DNA of 64,000 bases from NCBI GenBank assembly GCA_977017645.1, contig OZ360221.1:215884001-215948000 (forward strand), in the 5' to 3' direction. The notes under the pieces are model-generated. The model saw only the letters and a list, made by a program, of their open reading frames with translations. It made no database searches and was not told where the DNA came from. The position numbers were made by a program, and so were the translations under genes. This document shows positions 48,850 through 61,956 of the stretch, one piece after another; positions within the stretch are counted from its first letter, which is position 1; every line of letters begins with the position of its first letter. This stretch comes from Torpedo marmorata. Its lineage: Eukaryota.

Positions 48850-51070
48850 AACACCACAACACCAAAAAAGACCTTTCGAGTCTGGGCTGAACTATTTTTG
48901 CACCTAGTCCCACTGACCTGCACCCAGACCATATACCTCCATACCCCTCGTGTCTACGTACCTGTCCAAATTTTTCTTAAATGTCAAAATTTAGCCTGCA
49001 TTTACCAATTCAGTTGGCAGCTCGTTCCACATTCCTACCACTCTCTGTGTGAACAAGTTCCCCCTTATGTCCCCTTTAAATGTCTCCCCTTTCACCCTTA
49101 ACCCATGTCCTCAGTGGGAAAAGCCTGGTTGCATTTACTCTATCTATACCCATCAAATCTCCCCTCATTCTTCTGCATAGTTCTTCCACTGGGATGTAAA
49201 TAGTAAGAAGGTAGTCAAGAGTAGTGGAGCAATATTGGGATAAATAATTTATGATTGATTCATAGAAACGGGGCTGGAAAACTGAGCAACTTGTTTTAAG
49301 TTTTTTTTCCCAAGGAAGAGGGTGCTGCCAAAATCTCAGTGGAAGAGGACTATTAGAAATAATCAATGGAGTGAAAATAAATGAAGAGGGGGTGTTGGTG
49401 GAGGCTTGATGCTGCTCATGGAGTTGAAAGATGATAGCACCATAAATAGGAAATGGGTTTAAAAACGGATAGCGGTAATCATCTGTTGGTTTTCAGGCTG
49501 GAGGATGACAGGCAGTCGTGTTCCTCAGAGGCCAGTGATAGGGCCACTTTTATTTTGCGCTAACAATGTATCAGAGCAAGCTCGTCATGTAATGAAATAT
49601 TTTCTGAAGGCTGAAACTCCAAGGGGATCTGTATGTTCAACTTAAACGTGACAGTTAACACATTTCTTGTAGAAATACAGAACAACCAAGGCATCCAGCA
49701 ATTGGATTGCCACAGTGGAATTATTATTCTCAGTTGGATTTATACAAGATTGGATTTGCTTCATCCAAATCAAGAGCACATTATGCATAACTGACAGTGA
49801 AGGTTGATTTGCGGGAAAGCTACTGGGATGGATAGAAGATTGGCTGACTGGCAGAAGGCAAAGCGTGGGAATAAAGGGGGCCTTTTCTGGCTGCCGGTGA
49901 CTCGTGGTGTTCTGCAGGGGTCGATGTTAGGTCTGCTAATTTTCACATTCGTCAATGATTTAAAGGGCTTTGTGGCCAAGTTTGCAGATGAGACAAAGAT
50001 AGATGGAGGTGGAATGGAGAGTGTTGAGGAAGTAGGGGGTCTGCAGAGGGTCTTGGATAGGTTGGGAGAATAGGCGCTGTGATTATGACCAATTCAGTGG
50101 GGCAGGAGCACGCGGACACGATGGGTCTGCTGGGACAATTGGGTTTGTGAATCTTGGGTAAGAGGTAGAAACAGGCAGTACGGGGTTGGGAAACAATAAG
50201 GTTGGAGGCCGTGCCAGGGAGTGACCGAATTTCATGACTTGTTCATGACAATATATTCTGATTCTGATGAGCAGAGATGGTGCATGATACAGTGGTTTTA
50301 TGAGTTTTGATGGGGCCCTGTTGGAGGGGTAAGTAAGAGGATGTGTCTGAGAGTTGTCGTCTGGCTTCGGTCAGATAGAGGTCAGTACGCCAGAGGTCAG
50401 AGAATAGGAAAAGAAATGGCAGATGGAATATAATGTAGGAAAGTATATGGTCATGCACTTTGGTAGAAGGAATAGACTGTTTTCTAAATGGGGAGAGAAT
50501 TCAGAAAGCAGAGGTCCAAAGGGACTTGGGAGTCCGAGTGCAGAATTCCCTAAAGATTGACTTGCAGTTTGAATCAGTAGTAAGGAAGGCAAATGCAATG
50601 TCAGCATTAATTTCAAGTGGACGAGAATATAAAGGCAAAGATTTAATGCTGAGGCTTTACAAGACATTGGTTAGACCACAGTTGGAATATTGCGAGTAGT
50701 TTTGAGCCCCATTTCGAAGGAAGGATGTGCTGGTGTTGGAGAGGGTCCAGAAAAGATTTATGACAATGGTCCCAAGGATGAAAGGGATAATGTATATGAG
50801 GATCATTTGATGGCTCTGGGCCGTACTCACTGGAGTTTCGAGGGACTGGGGGGGAATCTCATTGAAACATTCTGAATATTTAAAGGGTTGTGAATCTGCA
50901 GAATTTGTTGCCACAGATGGCTGTGGAGGCCTAATCATTGGGTATATTTAAAGTGGAGGTTGATAGATGCTTGATCAGTAAGATCATCAAAGGTTATGGG
51001 GAGAAGGTAGGAGAATGGGGTTGAAACGAAAAATACATCAGCTATGATTTGAATGGAAGAGCTGATTCAG
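48850..51070. mobile_element. Cluster of old CR1 fragments with Penelope and Rex pieces
   Basis: GVLQGSMLG, KFADETK, LYKTLVRPQLEYC remnants; heavily degraded. Confidence 0.6.
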
Positions 51071-51934
51071 TGGGTTCTGCTCCTCAGTCTAATGATCTCG
51101 TACATGAAGACTTGTCATCACATCTAAGCCTTAAAACAGAGAGCAAACAAAGGAGGCATGGAGGGACTAAAATTGCCAGCGTCCTGAGACCACCACAGCA
51201 ACATCCTGACCAGCAGAATTATTTAGACACAGTATGTGATGCAAGGAGAGCTGCATTGTCCAGTTCCAGGATGAACAGTGAGAGGTGTACACAGATTAAA
51301 TGATCTCAGCTGCAGATAATCTGGAAATATAGACTGATTTGGAAATGACAGACGCTGTAGCAGCTTCTGAAGAAAAACAAGAATCAGAAGCTGAACTTGA
51401 GAGAAGTATGAAGAGTGAGCATGATGGGAGACTTCTGAAGCTTTTTCAAACCAACGTCACTCAGGGAAAGTTGGAAAACCTGCTGAAACTTTAACAGCAA
51501 AAGTATTCAAAGGAAAAGGCATCTTTTGTTTGTACATAACTAGCTCAGAACATTGTTACTTTCATTTGGGGAAAATAAAAACGAGAAATGTACATGAGGG
51601 TGTTTCTACATGAGGACTGATAATGTGAGCAACCGAATTGGTTCTTGAGCAGTTTGGGAAGAACCGCAGATAGAATTTAAGTGTTGTGTTTCCAAGACAT
51701 TGTTACAGTCTACTTTTATCCTGCCTCTTGCACCGGAGCTTCAGTCTGGTATAAGGCATAGAAGGAAGGTCCAAAAACAACAGCTCTGAAATCCACTGCC
51801 TGTAAGGATGGTGGAAGCAGAATCAATCAATGCCTTCAAAGAAGAGTTGAATAGTCATCAGAATGAGAATAAATTTCAGGGCCATGGGGAAAAATGCAAG
51901 AGAATGGACAGAGATGCCTTGGAATGATGTTGCC

Positions 51935-52221
51935 ACCTCTCCACCATCAGACTCCTCACAACAAACTCAATCAGAGACTCATTTAAGAACTCTTACTTTG
52001 CACATTATTTATTCCTGAATATTTATTTTTTCTGCATTGCACAGTTTGTTTACTATTAATTTTTGTTTACATTTCTCTCTTTTGAACACTTGCCTTTTCT
52101 TGAGTACAGTTTTCTGCACTACCAATAAGTAGAAATTCTGCCTGGCCCGCAGGAAAAAGAATCTCAGGGTTGTGTGTGATGTCATGCATGTACTCTGACA
52201 ATAAATCTGAACTTTGAACTT
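51935..52221 (+). mobile_element. Rex1/Babar 3' UTR fragment
   Basis: Reverse complement of 19996-20290 family; AATAAATCTGAAC tail. Confidence 0.75.
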
Positions 52222-52305
52222 CTGTGTTGTAAAGATTCCATGATTTTGCAGCAAACTTTGTTCAAAAGTTATGATATGAGTTTTTGATGTCTCCTGTTTG
52301 TACAG

Positions 52306-52365
52306 AAAAACGCAACGTTCCAGGAGCTCAGCTGGCTCCTTGAATTACCACAGACTTCAGATAAT
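52306..52365 (+). CDS. Candidate internal exon (KNATFQELSWLLELPQTSDN)
   Basis: CTCCTGTTTGTACAG acceptor, GTAAGC donor, 60 nt open in phase 0. Confidence 0.4.
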
Positions 52366-52887
52366 GTAAGCTGGCAGTAATCTTTTTTGAAAGGTTATAT
52401 TTCATCATGGGTTTTTCGCAACTTTAAATATGACAAATAAAACAATGGTAGTCTTAAAGGGAAGATGCAAGAGAAAGCTATATAAAAAAACTCAAGCAAG
52501 TAAGTCCAGTTATCTTTCAGCAGGATCATGTCAAGTTGTGTATGGTGCCCATTATTTACTCAATCCCAAAGTGTTTTCAGATCTTTTAAGCAATTGTCAA
52601 GTTACTTGGAGAATGAATTGAGTTTCTGTAAAACAGCAGACCATAAAGCTTTGGCAAGGCTTTAAATTTGATTCATTTGTATTACGTTACCCTGGTTAGT
52701 TTTACGAAATGACCTTTTGCTTGATAAATCTACCGTGTCAAGCACAGTTTAGGATCTGGCCAGGATAAATGGGATTCTCTGCTCAAGGTGAAAACTTATT
52801 TCCGGAGCTATTTTTCTAATGACGTCCACATCTATCTGTTCAAAACTGTGGAACTTCATTAATATTTTTATTTGTTTGCCTTCACAG

Positions 52888-52932
52888 ACTATGAATCTTT
52901 CTGTGAAAAGGGGGCTCCATCTCTCCCTTGCA
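52888..52932 (+). CDS. Candidate internal exon (TMNLSVKRGLHLSLA)
   Basis: TTTGTTTGCCTTCACAG acceptor, GTATGA donor, 45 nt phase 0. Confidence 0.25.
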
Positions 52933-53146
52933 GTATGAATTTTCAGTTAATCAGCCATCAGTTGCTGTGAGATCCAAGCTAATTTCAGCTGCAACTTTGG
53001 TATAAATATGAAGGCATTTTTTTCTCAATAAAATGAAATAAAAAGTAGAATTTATTAAACTAGTGATGTGGAGAGACAAGGAGTGGTCAAGGCAATTAGA
53101 CTGGTGGTATACAAGAGGAAGCTGGATAAACATTTAGGATACGAGA

Positions 53147-53355
53147 ATCTGTCCTGGAGCCTCCATGTCGATGCAATCACAAAGAAGGCTCGTCAGCGGC
53201 TATATTTTGTGAGATGTCTGAGGAGATTCAGTATGTCATCGAATACTCTCGAAAACTTCTACAGGTGTACCGTGGAGAGCATTCTGGCTGGTGTGGAGGC
53301 GCCAACTCTCACAACAAGAATAAACTCCGGAGGGTTGTTAACTCGGCCTGCGACA
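53147..53355 (+). mobile_element. Rex1/Babar internal fragment
   Basis: LSWSLHVDAITKKARQRLYF, near-identical in reverse to 45985-46180. Confidence 0.8.
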
Positions 53356-53603
53356 AAAAAATAACAAGAACACATGGATTTAAGGTCATTACAACAGAAA
53401 CAGGAGGGAGATGAGTTTTTAAAGCAGTGGCATTTGGATGATCAGGAACACATGACTAGAAATTGATGTATGCTTGAAAAGGAGAATCTTGCAGTTCATG
53501 ATGAAGAAGCAAGAGCATGAGATTGAATAGCTCTTTAAAAGAGTTGTCACATGTACGAATGTTTAAATTGCTTCCTTCTGTGTTATATAATTCTTGTGAT
53601 AAC

Positions 53604-54105
53604 AGGGCAGCACGGTTGGCGTCGCGGTTAGTGCAACGCCTTTACAGTGCCAGCGATCGGGACTGGGGTTCGAATCCCGCACTGTCTGTAAGGAGTTTGT
53701 ACGTTCTCCCCGTGTCTGCATGGGTTTTCCCCGGGGGCTCCGGTTTCCTCCCACCGTTCGAAACGTACCGGGGGTGTAGGTTAAAAACACAAAAGCTGGA
53801 GAACTCAGCAGGTCAAACAGTGTCTTTTATGTAGCAAAGGTAGAAATACATAACCGACGTTTCAGGCTTGAGCCCTTCTTCAAAGTATGAGAAAATGCCG
53901 GCAGACGTCCGAACAAAGGAGTGAGGGGGGAAGGGGGGTGGGAAAGGCAGGAGATAATAGGTGGAGAAAGGAGGGAGGGGACAGCAGCAAAGAGGGGGAG
54001 GAGGGATGGCTGGTTGGGTGTAGGTTAATTGGGTGTAAATTGGGTGGCACGGACTCGTGGGCCGAAATGGCTGTATGTCTAAATTTTAAAAAAATTAAAA
54101 TTTAG
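53604..54105 (+). mobile_element. V-SINE split by Penelope pLTR fragment (~53783-54015)
   Basis: GGGTGTAGGTTAA repeated on both sides of the insert; insert matches 47731-47810. Confidence 0.85.
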
Positions 54106-55179
54106 ATGTGAGTTAAAGGTTTAGACTGCAATTTTAGTAGAAACATGTTCCTTACAAACTCAAATTTGCTTCACCAGTCTGCACAGGAGAAAGAGTTTTC
54201 ATCCCACAAGCCCTCATGCCCATCCCTAGCTCTGGAGGAATACAAGGTGTTTATTTTCCATTTTAAGCAAGGCTTTTCCTTTTGTGCACCATTCAGCAGC
54301 AGGTGGAAGCCTTATTGTTAAATGTTAATAATGGACCCTGATACCAGTTGGCTAGAGGTCCAATCCTTGATGCTTTGATGAACTACCTGGCTGAGAACAT
54401 AGTCCCTCTGAGACACAGGGCATGCAACTTCAACTTGCAGCTGCTGATTACCATTTGACCATCGGACATTTCTCCTGCCACATTTTAGGCTTCGATTTTG
54501 CATGATCCATCATTTACCCGGCACATAGGTTCCTGCCACATCACCTTGAACCTGGATGACACACCTGTCTTGCTGCACAGAGGAATGCATTGCTTACTTG
54601 AGGAGTTGTGAATGGAATTGAACAACCTGCAGTCTTTCCTGAACAACTATACTTCTGACAATGATGGAGGAAAAGTGATTGGTGAAGCAGTTGAAAACTG
54701 CTGGGCCTTCAGAAAGACTCTGATGTACCATAGCTTCAATAGTTACCACCTATGTGTTGTGAAGATCTTCATGCTAGTTATAAAATGGCCCCACGTCTGC
54801 TTTCATTATGAGAAGTGCACTTTTTACATGTTGTTGGCACCTGGTTGCACTTTTTTTTTTCATTTTTGCTTTGCTTTTTGGCCTTTACATTCATTTTTAA
54901 AATGATTTTTCTGTCATGGATGTTCATGGTCTAACATCTCTTATCAAAATTCCAAATATGAGCCTCCTGAGTACACTGATCCTGGAGGCCAGAACGTGAG
55001 AGATCCATTTCGACTGAAATGTATTCTCTAACCATTATTCTGAGTAAAAATCTTGGCTCCTATGGAATGAAGAGCTGATCTACAGAAATTATTTCCTTCC
55101 AAACTCTCCTACGACTATGGCCAGCGCTTGGAAGACAAAATTATTCCATGAATTATTTTATTCAGGTTATACCGCTCAC

Positions 55180-55400
55180 GTGGCGGTTAGAGACAACGCT
55201 ATTACAGTGCCAGCGACCAGGTTCGATTCTGCAGCCGTCTGTAAGGAGTTTGTACGTTCACTCCATGTCCGTGTGGATTTTCCCCCAACGTTCAAAAAAA
55301 ACATACGGGGTTAGTAGGTTAATTGGTCATATGGGTGTATTTTGGCAGCGTGGGCTGGAAGGGCCTGTTACCATACTGTATCTCTAAAATTAAAATAAAG
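55180..55400 (+). mobile_element. V-SINE (diverged)
   Basis: Family consensus. Confidence 0.75.
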
Positions 55401-55689
55401 AAACATTGTTGCCCCAAGCTATCTCCGTAGGCCACACCAAGTCTGGTTCCCATGATCAGTACCTGAAATAACAGTAAATGTGGAGATCTATTTGCTCCTG
55501 CTTAGTGATGTTGTATGATTCAGCCTGTTTGTCATGACAAGTATGTGGACTCCATCTTAAGTTCAGTGAAATCTTTTAAGATACTTGGTCATACTATCAA
55601 GTAAAAATTTGACACCAAGCAGCAAGGGACAATGAGTCAGTTGTGAGGAAGATCTTTAACAAAATGTATCTGAGCATTAGACATGGAAA

Positions 55690-56110
55690 GATTTAGATTT
55701 CAGATTTCAGATTTATTTTCAGAGAACATACATGACATGAGATTCTTTTTCCTGTAGGCGCGGCAGAATTACCACTTATTGATAGTGCAAAAAAAAACTA
55801 CACAGCGTAAACATGTAAACAAATAAAGAACTGTAAACAGATAACGAATGTAAACAAACTAACTGTTCAATACAGAGAGAATAAAAAGAATCAATAAAGT
55901 GCACAGGTAAGAGTCCTTAAATGAGTCCTTAAATAATGCTGGAGGGATAGCAGCTGTTCCTGAACCTGGTGGTGTGAGTCTTGTGGCACCTATACCTCTT
56001 TCCTGATGGCAGCAGCGAGAACAGAGCGTGTGCTGGGTGGTGTGGATCCTTGATGATTGCTGCTGCTCTCCGATGGCAGCGTTCCCTGTAGATGTTCTCG
56101 AAGGTGGGGA
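55690..56110 (-). mobile_element. Rex1/Babar 3' fragment
   Basis: Matches 19996-20440. Confidence 0.8.
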
Positions 56111-57419
56111 GAGTTTAAGAAGGCAATCTTAAAGTTTGGGACATGGGAACAATGCCAATCAGGAATGTGTCAGATACGAGAATTAGAAGGGAGGAAAGAT
56201 TTCAGATTTCAGATTTATTGTCAGAGTACATACATGGATTGAAAGGCTGGAGGAGGTTGCAATGACCACTGAGGAATTTGAACCACTACTTGTCACTTTT
56301 GAAGTGTAGGATGCTATATAAAACTACAGAAAAGAAAGGCAATCAACTAAAAGATATATTTCTTTGTCAGTGATAGAAAACCTCAGAGTCTGCATGGCAC
56401 CACAGTATTTGTTATATGTTATTCAGAGGCACGTGAGCCTGTGTGCCTCTGCTGTCGTTCCCGGGCAAGTGCTGCCAGAGTGTGGCTAGGGAGGGCGTTC
56501 CAGGATTCTGATCCTGCTTCAGTCAAAGGGCTGGTGATGTATTTCCATGACAGAATAGTGTGCAACTTGGAGGGGGACCTGCAGTTGCTGGCATTCCCAT
56601 GCACCTGAATGTTTTGATCTTCTTGGTGGTAGAGTTTCTGGATTTAGGAGATGCTTGCGTGGAGTTAATTCAGTACATTTTATACATGGTGCATGCTGCA
56701 GCTATGTTGCACTGTGGATGGAGGGAATGGCTGGTAAATGAGAAACCAATCTGCCTTATCCTGAGATTCTTGAGAGTTGCACTCATCCAGTCAAGTGGAG
56801 AGTATCACTTCATAGTCCTGTGCATTGTGAAAAAGCCATGCACTGTCAGGAAGTAAATCACTTGCTGCAAGATACCCAACCTCTGAACTGTTCTTGTAGT
56901 CTTATAAGTTACCAAGCTGCAAGTGGCAACTCCCAGAATGTTGCTGATGGAGACTCAGCAATGGTAATATAGTTGAGTGAGCAGGCTAGACTCTGTCATG
57001 TTGGAAATGGTCATTTTCTGGCATTTGTGAGGCACAAAACTTTCTTGCCACTTCCCAGCCTATGCCTGAACGTGGTCTTGGTGTTGTTGCATTGCAGGCT
57101 TGGACTGCTTCAGGTGCTAAGAAATCATGAATAATATTGAACATTGTGCATCATCTGCAAAATCCCCCACTTCTGAACTGGAAGGAAGGTCGTCGATTAA
57201 GTAGTTGAAGGGAGTTGGGATTCTGTCTTGAAGGACTTACTGACTTAAATATTATGACATAAAAGAAATTGGGCTCCCAGCAAAGCACATTGGCCTAAAG
57301 CAGAGCAGCCCCCATTGGTCACATTCTCCCTATCCTTAACTCCTTGTGCTCCCAAAACCTATTCTCTCTTGCATTTCTATAAACGCCCCATCGATTATTT
57401 TGCCACTTGCCTGCACAGA

Positions 57420-57597
57420 TCATTGATGTTTTGGGTAACCCTTTAGCCTAGTAACACATCCATGGGATAAGAGCAGAAACAGGAGCGCCCAAAGAAAGTC
57501 CACATAATCATGAGGAGCACACCACACAGAGGATCAGACCCAGGTCTCTGGAGCTGTGAGGCAGCAGCACCAACTACTCTGCCACTATGCTGCCCGT
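57420..57597 (-). mobile_element. Older tRNA-SINE fragment
   Basis: GGGCAGCATAGTGGCAGAGTAGTTGGTGCTGCTGCCTCACAGCTCCAGAGACCTGGGT head on - strand. Confidence 0.6.
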
Positions 57598-58034
57598 GTA
57601 TGAGAATTAGATGCTGATACCTAACACCATTAAAGATGGGAATGTCTTTGAACTCTACTCCACCCATTAATTGTCCACCACCATTCATGACTAGATACAG
57701 CAGAACTGCAGAGCTTGGATCTGATCTGTTGGCCGTGCGATCACTTAGCTCTGCTTATTATGTCTTTCAGTATGAACATCGCCCTTTGTGCAGCTTCACT
57801 GGGTTGGCACCTTGTTTTTAGGTATGCTTGGTGCTGTTCCTGGCAATTTCTTCTGCATTCCTCATGGACACTAGTTTCATCTTCTGGGTCGTCTGTAATG
57901 GCGAAATGAGGAACGTGTTGAACCATGAAATCACAGATTCCAGTGGTGTACATTTCTGCTGATGGTCCACGGTGCCCCAGCTTTAGGCTGCCAGATGTGC
58001 TGCGAGCCTATCCCTTTTACAACGGCTGTAAATT

Positions 58035-58288
58035 TATTTTAAAATTTAGACGTACAGCACGGTAACAGGCCATTTCGGCCCACGAGTCTGTGCTTCCCAA
58101 TTACACCCAATTAACCTACACCCCCGGTACGTTTCGAACGATGGGAGGAAACCGGAGCACCCGGGGAAAACCCACACAGACACGGGGAGAACGTACAAAC
58201 TCCTTACAGACAGCGCGGGATTCGAACCCCGGTCCTGATCGCTGGCGCTGTAACGGCATTGCGCTAACCGCTACGCCAACCGTGCCGC
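58035..58288 (-). mobile_element. V-SINE/HE1-like SINE
   Basis: Full family consensus. Confidence 0.9.
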
Positions 58289-59124
58289 ACAAAACATTTT
58301 CCTTGGTTTTAAGATGAAACCGAGTGTCCAAAGGGCTGTGTGACAATCATGTCTACGTGTGCCATTGGTCATTTGGAGAGCACAAGGTTGTAGGTTTATC
58401 CTTCATCTTGGGTTCACTTGTTCTCTGCTGAAAACCCCAAGTTGGCAGCTATGTTCCTTGGACTTTGGCAGCTTGGAGTAACTGATTGACTTTTGGTGAT
58501 GGATATTGACAGCGCCCGTCAGAGTACATTTTGAGAAGCGCTGCTCAATACGGAGGGACAGCTGAGGCTGTAATCAAGAGCAGGTTACCTTCTCAAAGTG
58601 ATCCAATGCCATGAGCATCGGGGGGTGAATATCCAAGGGCTGCCTCCTCTAGTGGATCTGCCAGCCGGTGCAAAAGCACGTCACGGACACAGGCATTGTG
58701 ATGGTAGAGGCTATTACATTGTCTTTCAAGTAAGATTCATTATTACTGTTGCGTGCCTGTTCTTTAAATAGTTCCCCTCGATGTTTGAGGAATAGTTTGC
58801 ATGGTCGATTGAGATGGGAGTGACTTTGCCACATCTGCATTTGATACTGAGATCAATGCCGAGTGGATTCAATTGGTTTCTATTTCAACTTAGCGACTCA
58901 CTTGCTCGGACATATCAAAGAGTAGTTGAGTCAACTGGATTGGAGAATTTGGGGTCGCCTATTGGCTGGGTAAGTATAGCAGACTTCCTCTCCTGAAGGA
59001 CGTTAGTGTACTACATGAGTTGCTTTTGTGGTCATCATTACCAGCTGTCTGTTTTTTAAAAAATCCAGATTTTGAACTCTAGGGTTAGACTCGACCTCTG
59101 CATAATCTGTCTGCTAATTTCTCA

Positions 59125-59518
59125 AAATAAAACTCCAGAGAGTTGTTAACTCGGCCTGCGACATCACGGGCACTAGACTTCGCTCCATCGAGGACATTCT
59201 CAAGAGGCCGTGTCTTAAGAAAGCAGCCTCTATCCTCAAAGACCCCCACCACCCATGCCATGCCCTCTTCACTCTGCTTCCATCGGGAAAAAGGTACAGG
59301 AGCCTAAAGACGAGCACTCAATGGCACAAGGACAGCTTCTTCCCCGCTGCCATCAGATTCCTGAATAATCAATGAACCAAAGGCACTGCCTTACTTTGAC
59401 TTTTCATGTACTATTTTTATTAATTTTTGTAAGGTGGTTTATATGAATGTTTGCACTGTGATGCTGCCACACAACAACGCATTTTGTGACTTGTTCATGA
59501 CAATAAATTCTGATTCTA
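59125..59518 (+). mobile_element. Rex1/Babar 3' fragment
   Basis: Reverse complement of 18005-18390 family. Confidence 0.8.
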
Positions 59519-60216
59519 ATTTAATTGCTCTGCCATCACCATACCCTATAGTCTGTAGTTATTGTTAGACCTCTGCCATTTCATAGTAATATTCACCAAA
59601 ATTTAAGGCAGGGTGCTGGAGGCTTGTGGACCAAAGCTAGGAGCAAGAAGACTGATTCATTTACAGTCCTCCAACACAAATCTTGTGAAGTGCTTCTCTG
59701 AGTGCAGGCAGCAATAGGAAAAGCAACTGACTGCCTCACCCAACTTCAAAACCCATGAATCTTAATACATTAAAACATAAAATCATACAGGCAGCTTTCA
59801 AGTTATCCTGCCATGTCTTCCCTGATCTTGCTTGATGTAGCACAGAAGAGGAACATTTAACCTCTTGGGCTGAAAACAGCGCATCTCAACAAATGGGAAA
59901 ATAAATTAAACTATTGTTTGCCTTCCAATGTTTTTCCACTCACATTTTACGCAAATACATACGTTAATATACTTATTTGATATTGTGATATTCTTGTCAT
60001 CAGAAATGATAACAGATAGATCAATTCTTCTTTCTGTAGGTTCTATCATTCACACAGTGGAGGGAGATTTGTCATACTCCCTTCTCCCGAGAATAGCCAG
60101 TTAGTATGGTATCAGTTCCAGGTTCAGATGCTTGTACACTAATAGTGGGAGAAAACTGTGTCCAATCTTAATTTAAATGAAGGTTGCATAAAATGCTGAC
60201 AAAAAAACAGTAAATA

Positions 60217-60365
60217 CAGTAAAAACCCCTGTTATCCAGAATTCAAGCAACCGGCAAATAAAATTGCAGAAAATAATAGGTAAAAAATACAAAAGTTTAA
60301 AATTGGCACCCTTTAGCGGTTAGTTCTCTGATCACGCAACACGCAATCTCAAGCAACCGGAAAAT
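60217..60365 (+). mobile_element. Tigger/pogo-like MITE left end
   Basis: TA|CAGTAAAAACCCCTGTTATCC start; repeated CAAGCAACCGG. Confidence 0.5.
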
Positions 60366-60472
60366 GGGGAGAACGTACAAACTCCTTACAGACAGCGCGG
60401 GATTCGAACCCCGGTCCCGATCGCTGGCGCTGTAAAGGCGTTGCGCTAACTGCTACGCCAACCGTGCCGCCC
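60366..60472 (-). mobile_element. V-SINE 5' half
   Basis: Head with B box. Confidence 0.85.
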
Positions 60473-61101
60473 TACATAAATGTGCATGTTTTCTTCAGTC
60501 AAAAAAATCTCACAGGGGATTGCTCCCTTCAGTTGTCATTCAAAAAGAAAACGTTGTTTCAACAGGGCAAATTCTTTGGTTCGACATTTTTTCATAAATT
60601 GTCATCCCAGCCCTGCATAAAGAAGTTTTACTTAAAATTCTTACCATCTTGTCCTTGCACACTAAAATGGTGACAAGATTGTTGTGGGAGTTTAAAAACT
60701 AAATGTGAGAAAATGAGAATCAGGGAGCTTGTCCTGATTGTAATTAACTTTCATTCATGCATCAATATTTGTTCAATTTAGCAGTACCCTGAGTGCGTGG
60801 TTTTATGGAATGAAGTGGGTGCTCTGAGCTAAGTGATTGTCCATGTTGATGTGTTCTTGTTGCTGAGGTTCTACTTCAGTTCCTGAGATAATTCATCATC
60901 ACCTGAGCAAACCAAACGATCCTTGGAATTAGAATTTTCACTTTGCTCATCAAAAATCAATAACAATTGTTAGGCAACTTGACAGAACTGCTGCTTGGAT
61001 AGTACTGCTGAAGTGTACTTTCTGGTTGATGATACCACAAAAATTGGAAGTCTGAACTCCAAGTCTACTATTTCTACAGCAGTAATTCTGAAAGTTCAAG
61101 A

Positions 61102-61345
61102 TTTAAAATTTAAATACAGTTATACAGCACGGTAACAGGCCCTTCTGGCCCACGAGCCCATGCTGCTCAAATACACCAATTAACCTACAACCCCTGTATG
61201 TTTTTTGAAGGGTGGGAGGAAACTGGATCCCCCAAAGAAAACCCATGCAGACACAGAGAGAACGTACAAATTCCTCATAGATAGCTCCAGATTCGAACCC
61301 AGGTTGATAGCACTGTAATAGAGTTGCGCTAAATTCTATTATTGC
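61102..61345 (-). mobile_element. V-SINE (diverged)
   Basis: Family consensus. Confidence 0.75.
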
Positions 61346-61357
61346 GCTAAACTCTAA

Positions 61358-61711
61358 ACAGCTGTTCTCACTGCTGCCATCAGGAAAGAGGTATAGGTGC
61401 CACAAGACTCGCACCACCAGGTTTCAGAACATCCGCTACCCCTCCACCATCAGACTCCTCAACAATAAACTCAATCAGGGACTCATTTAAGGACTCTTAC
61501 TTTTGCACTTTATTGATTGTTTTTTATTCTCTCAGTATTGCATAGTCAATTTGTTTACATTTCCTTATTTGTTTACATATATACATATCTTCTTGAGTAC
61601 AGTTTTCGCACTACCAATAAGTGGTAATTCTGCCTCATCCGCAGGAAAAGAATCTCAGGGTTGTATATGATGTCAAATATGTACTCTGACAATAAATCTG
61701 AACTTTGAACT
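61358..61711 (+). mobile_element. Rex1/Babar 3' fragment
   Basis: Same 3' UTR as 51935-52221. Confidence 0.75.
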
Positions 61712-61956
61712 GGAAAACGTGCCGCCAAGCTTCAGTTTAATTCAATCCAGTGTGATTTCTCATTGCTGTCTGCAATTTATCTGTTGGGAGTTTTTGAAAA
61801 TCTTCAGACTATGGTAGAGTCAAAGAGCAAAGACAAAGAGACACTTTCAAACAATTTTAGCATTACAGCTGCCAGATCTATCCCAGGCAGCCGCTTGTAT
61901 CAAACAGATTAGCACCAATCATTTCCCATAGGCACTGAACTATAGTTTTTAAACTA

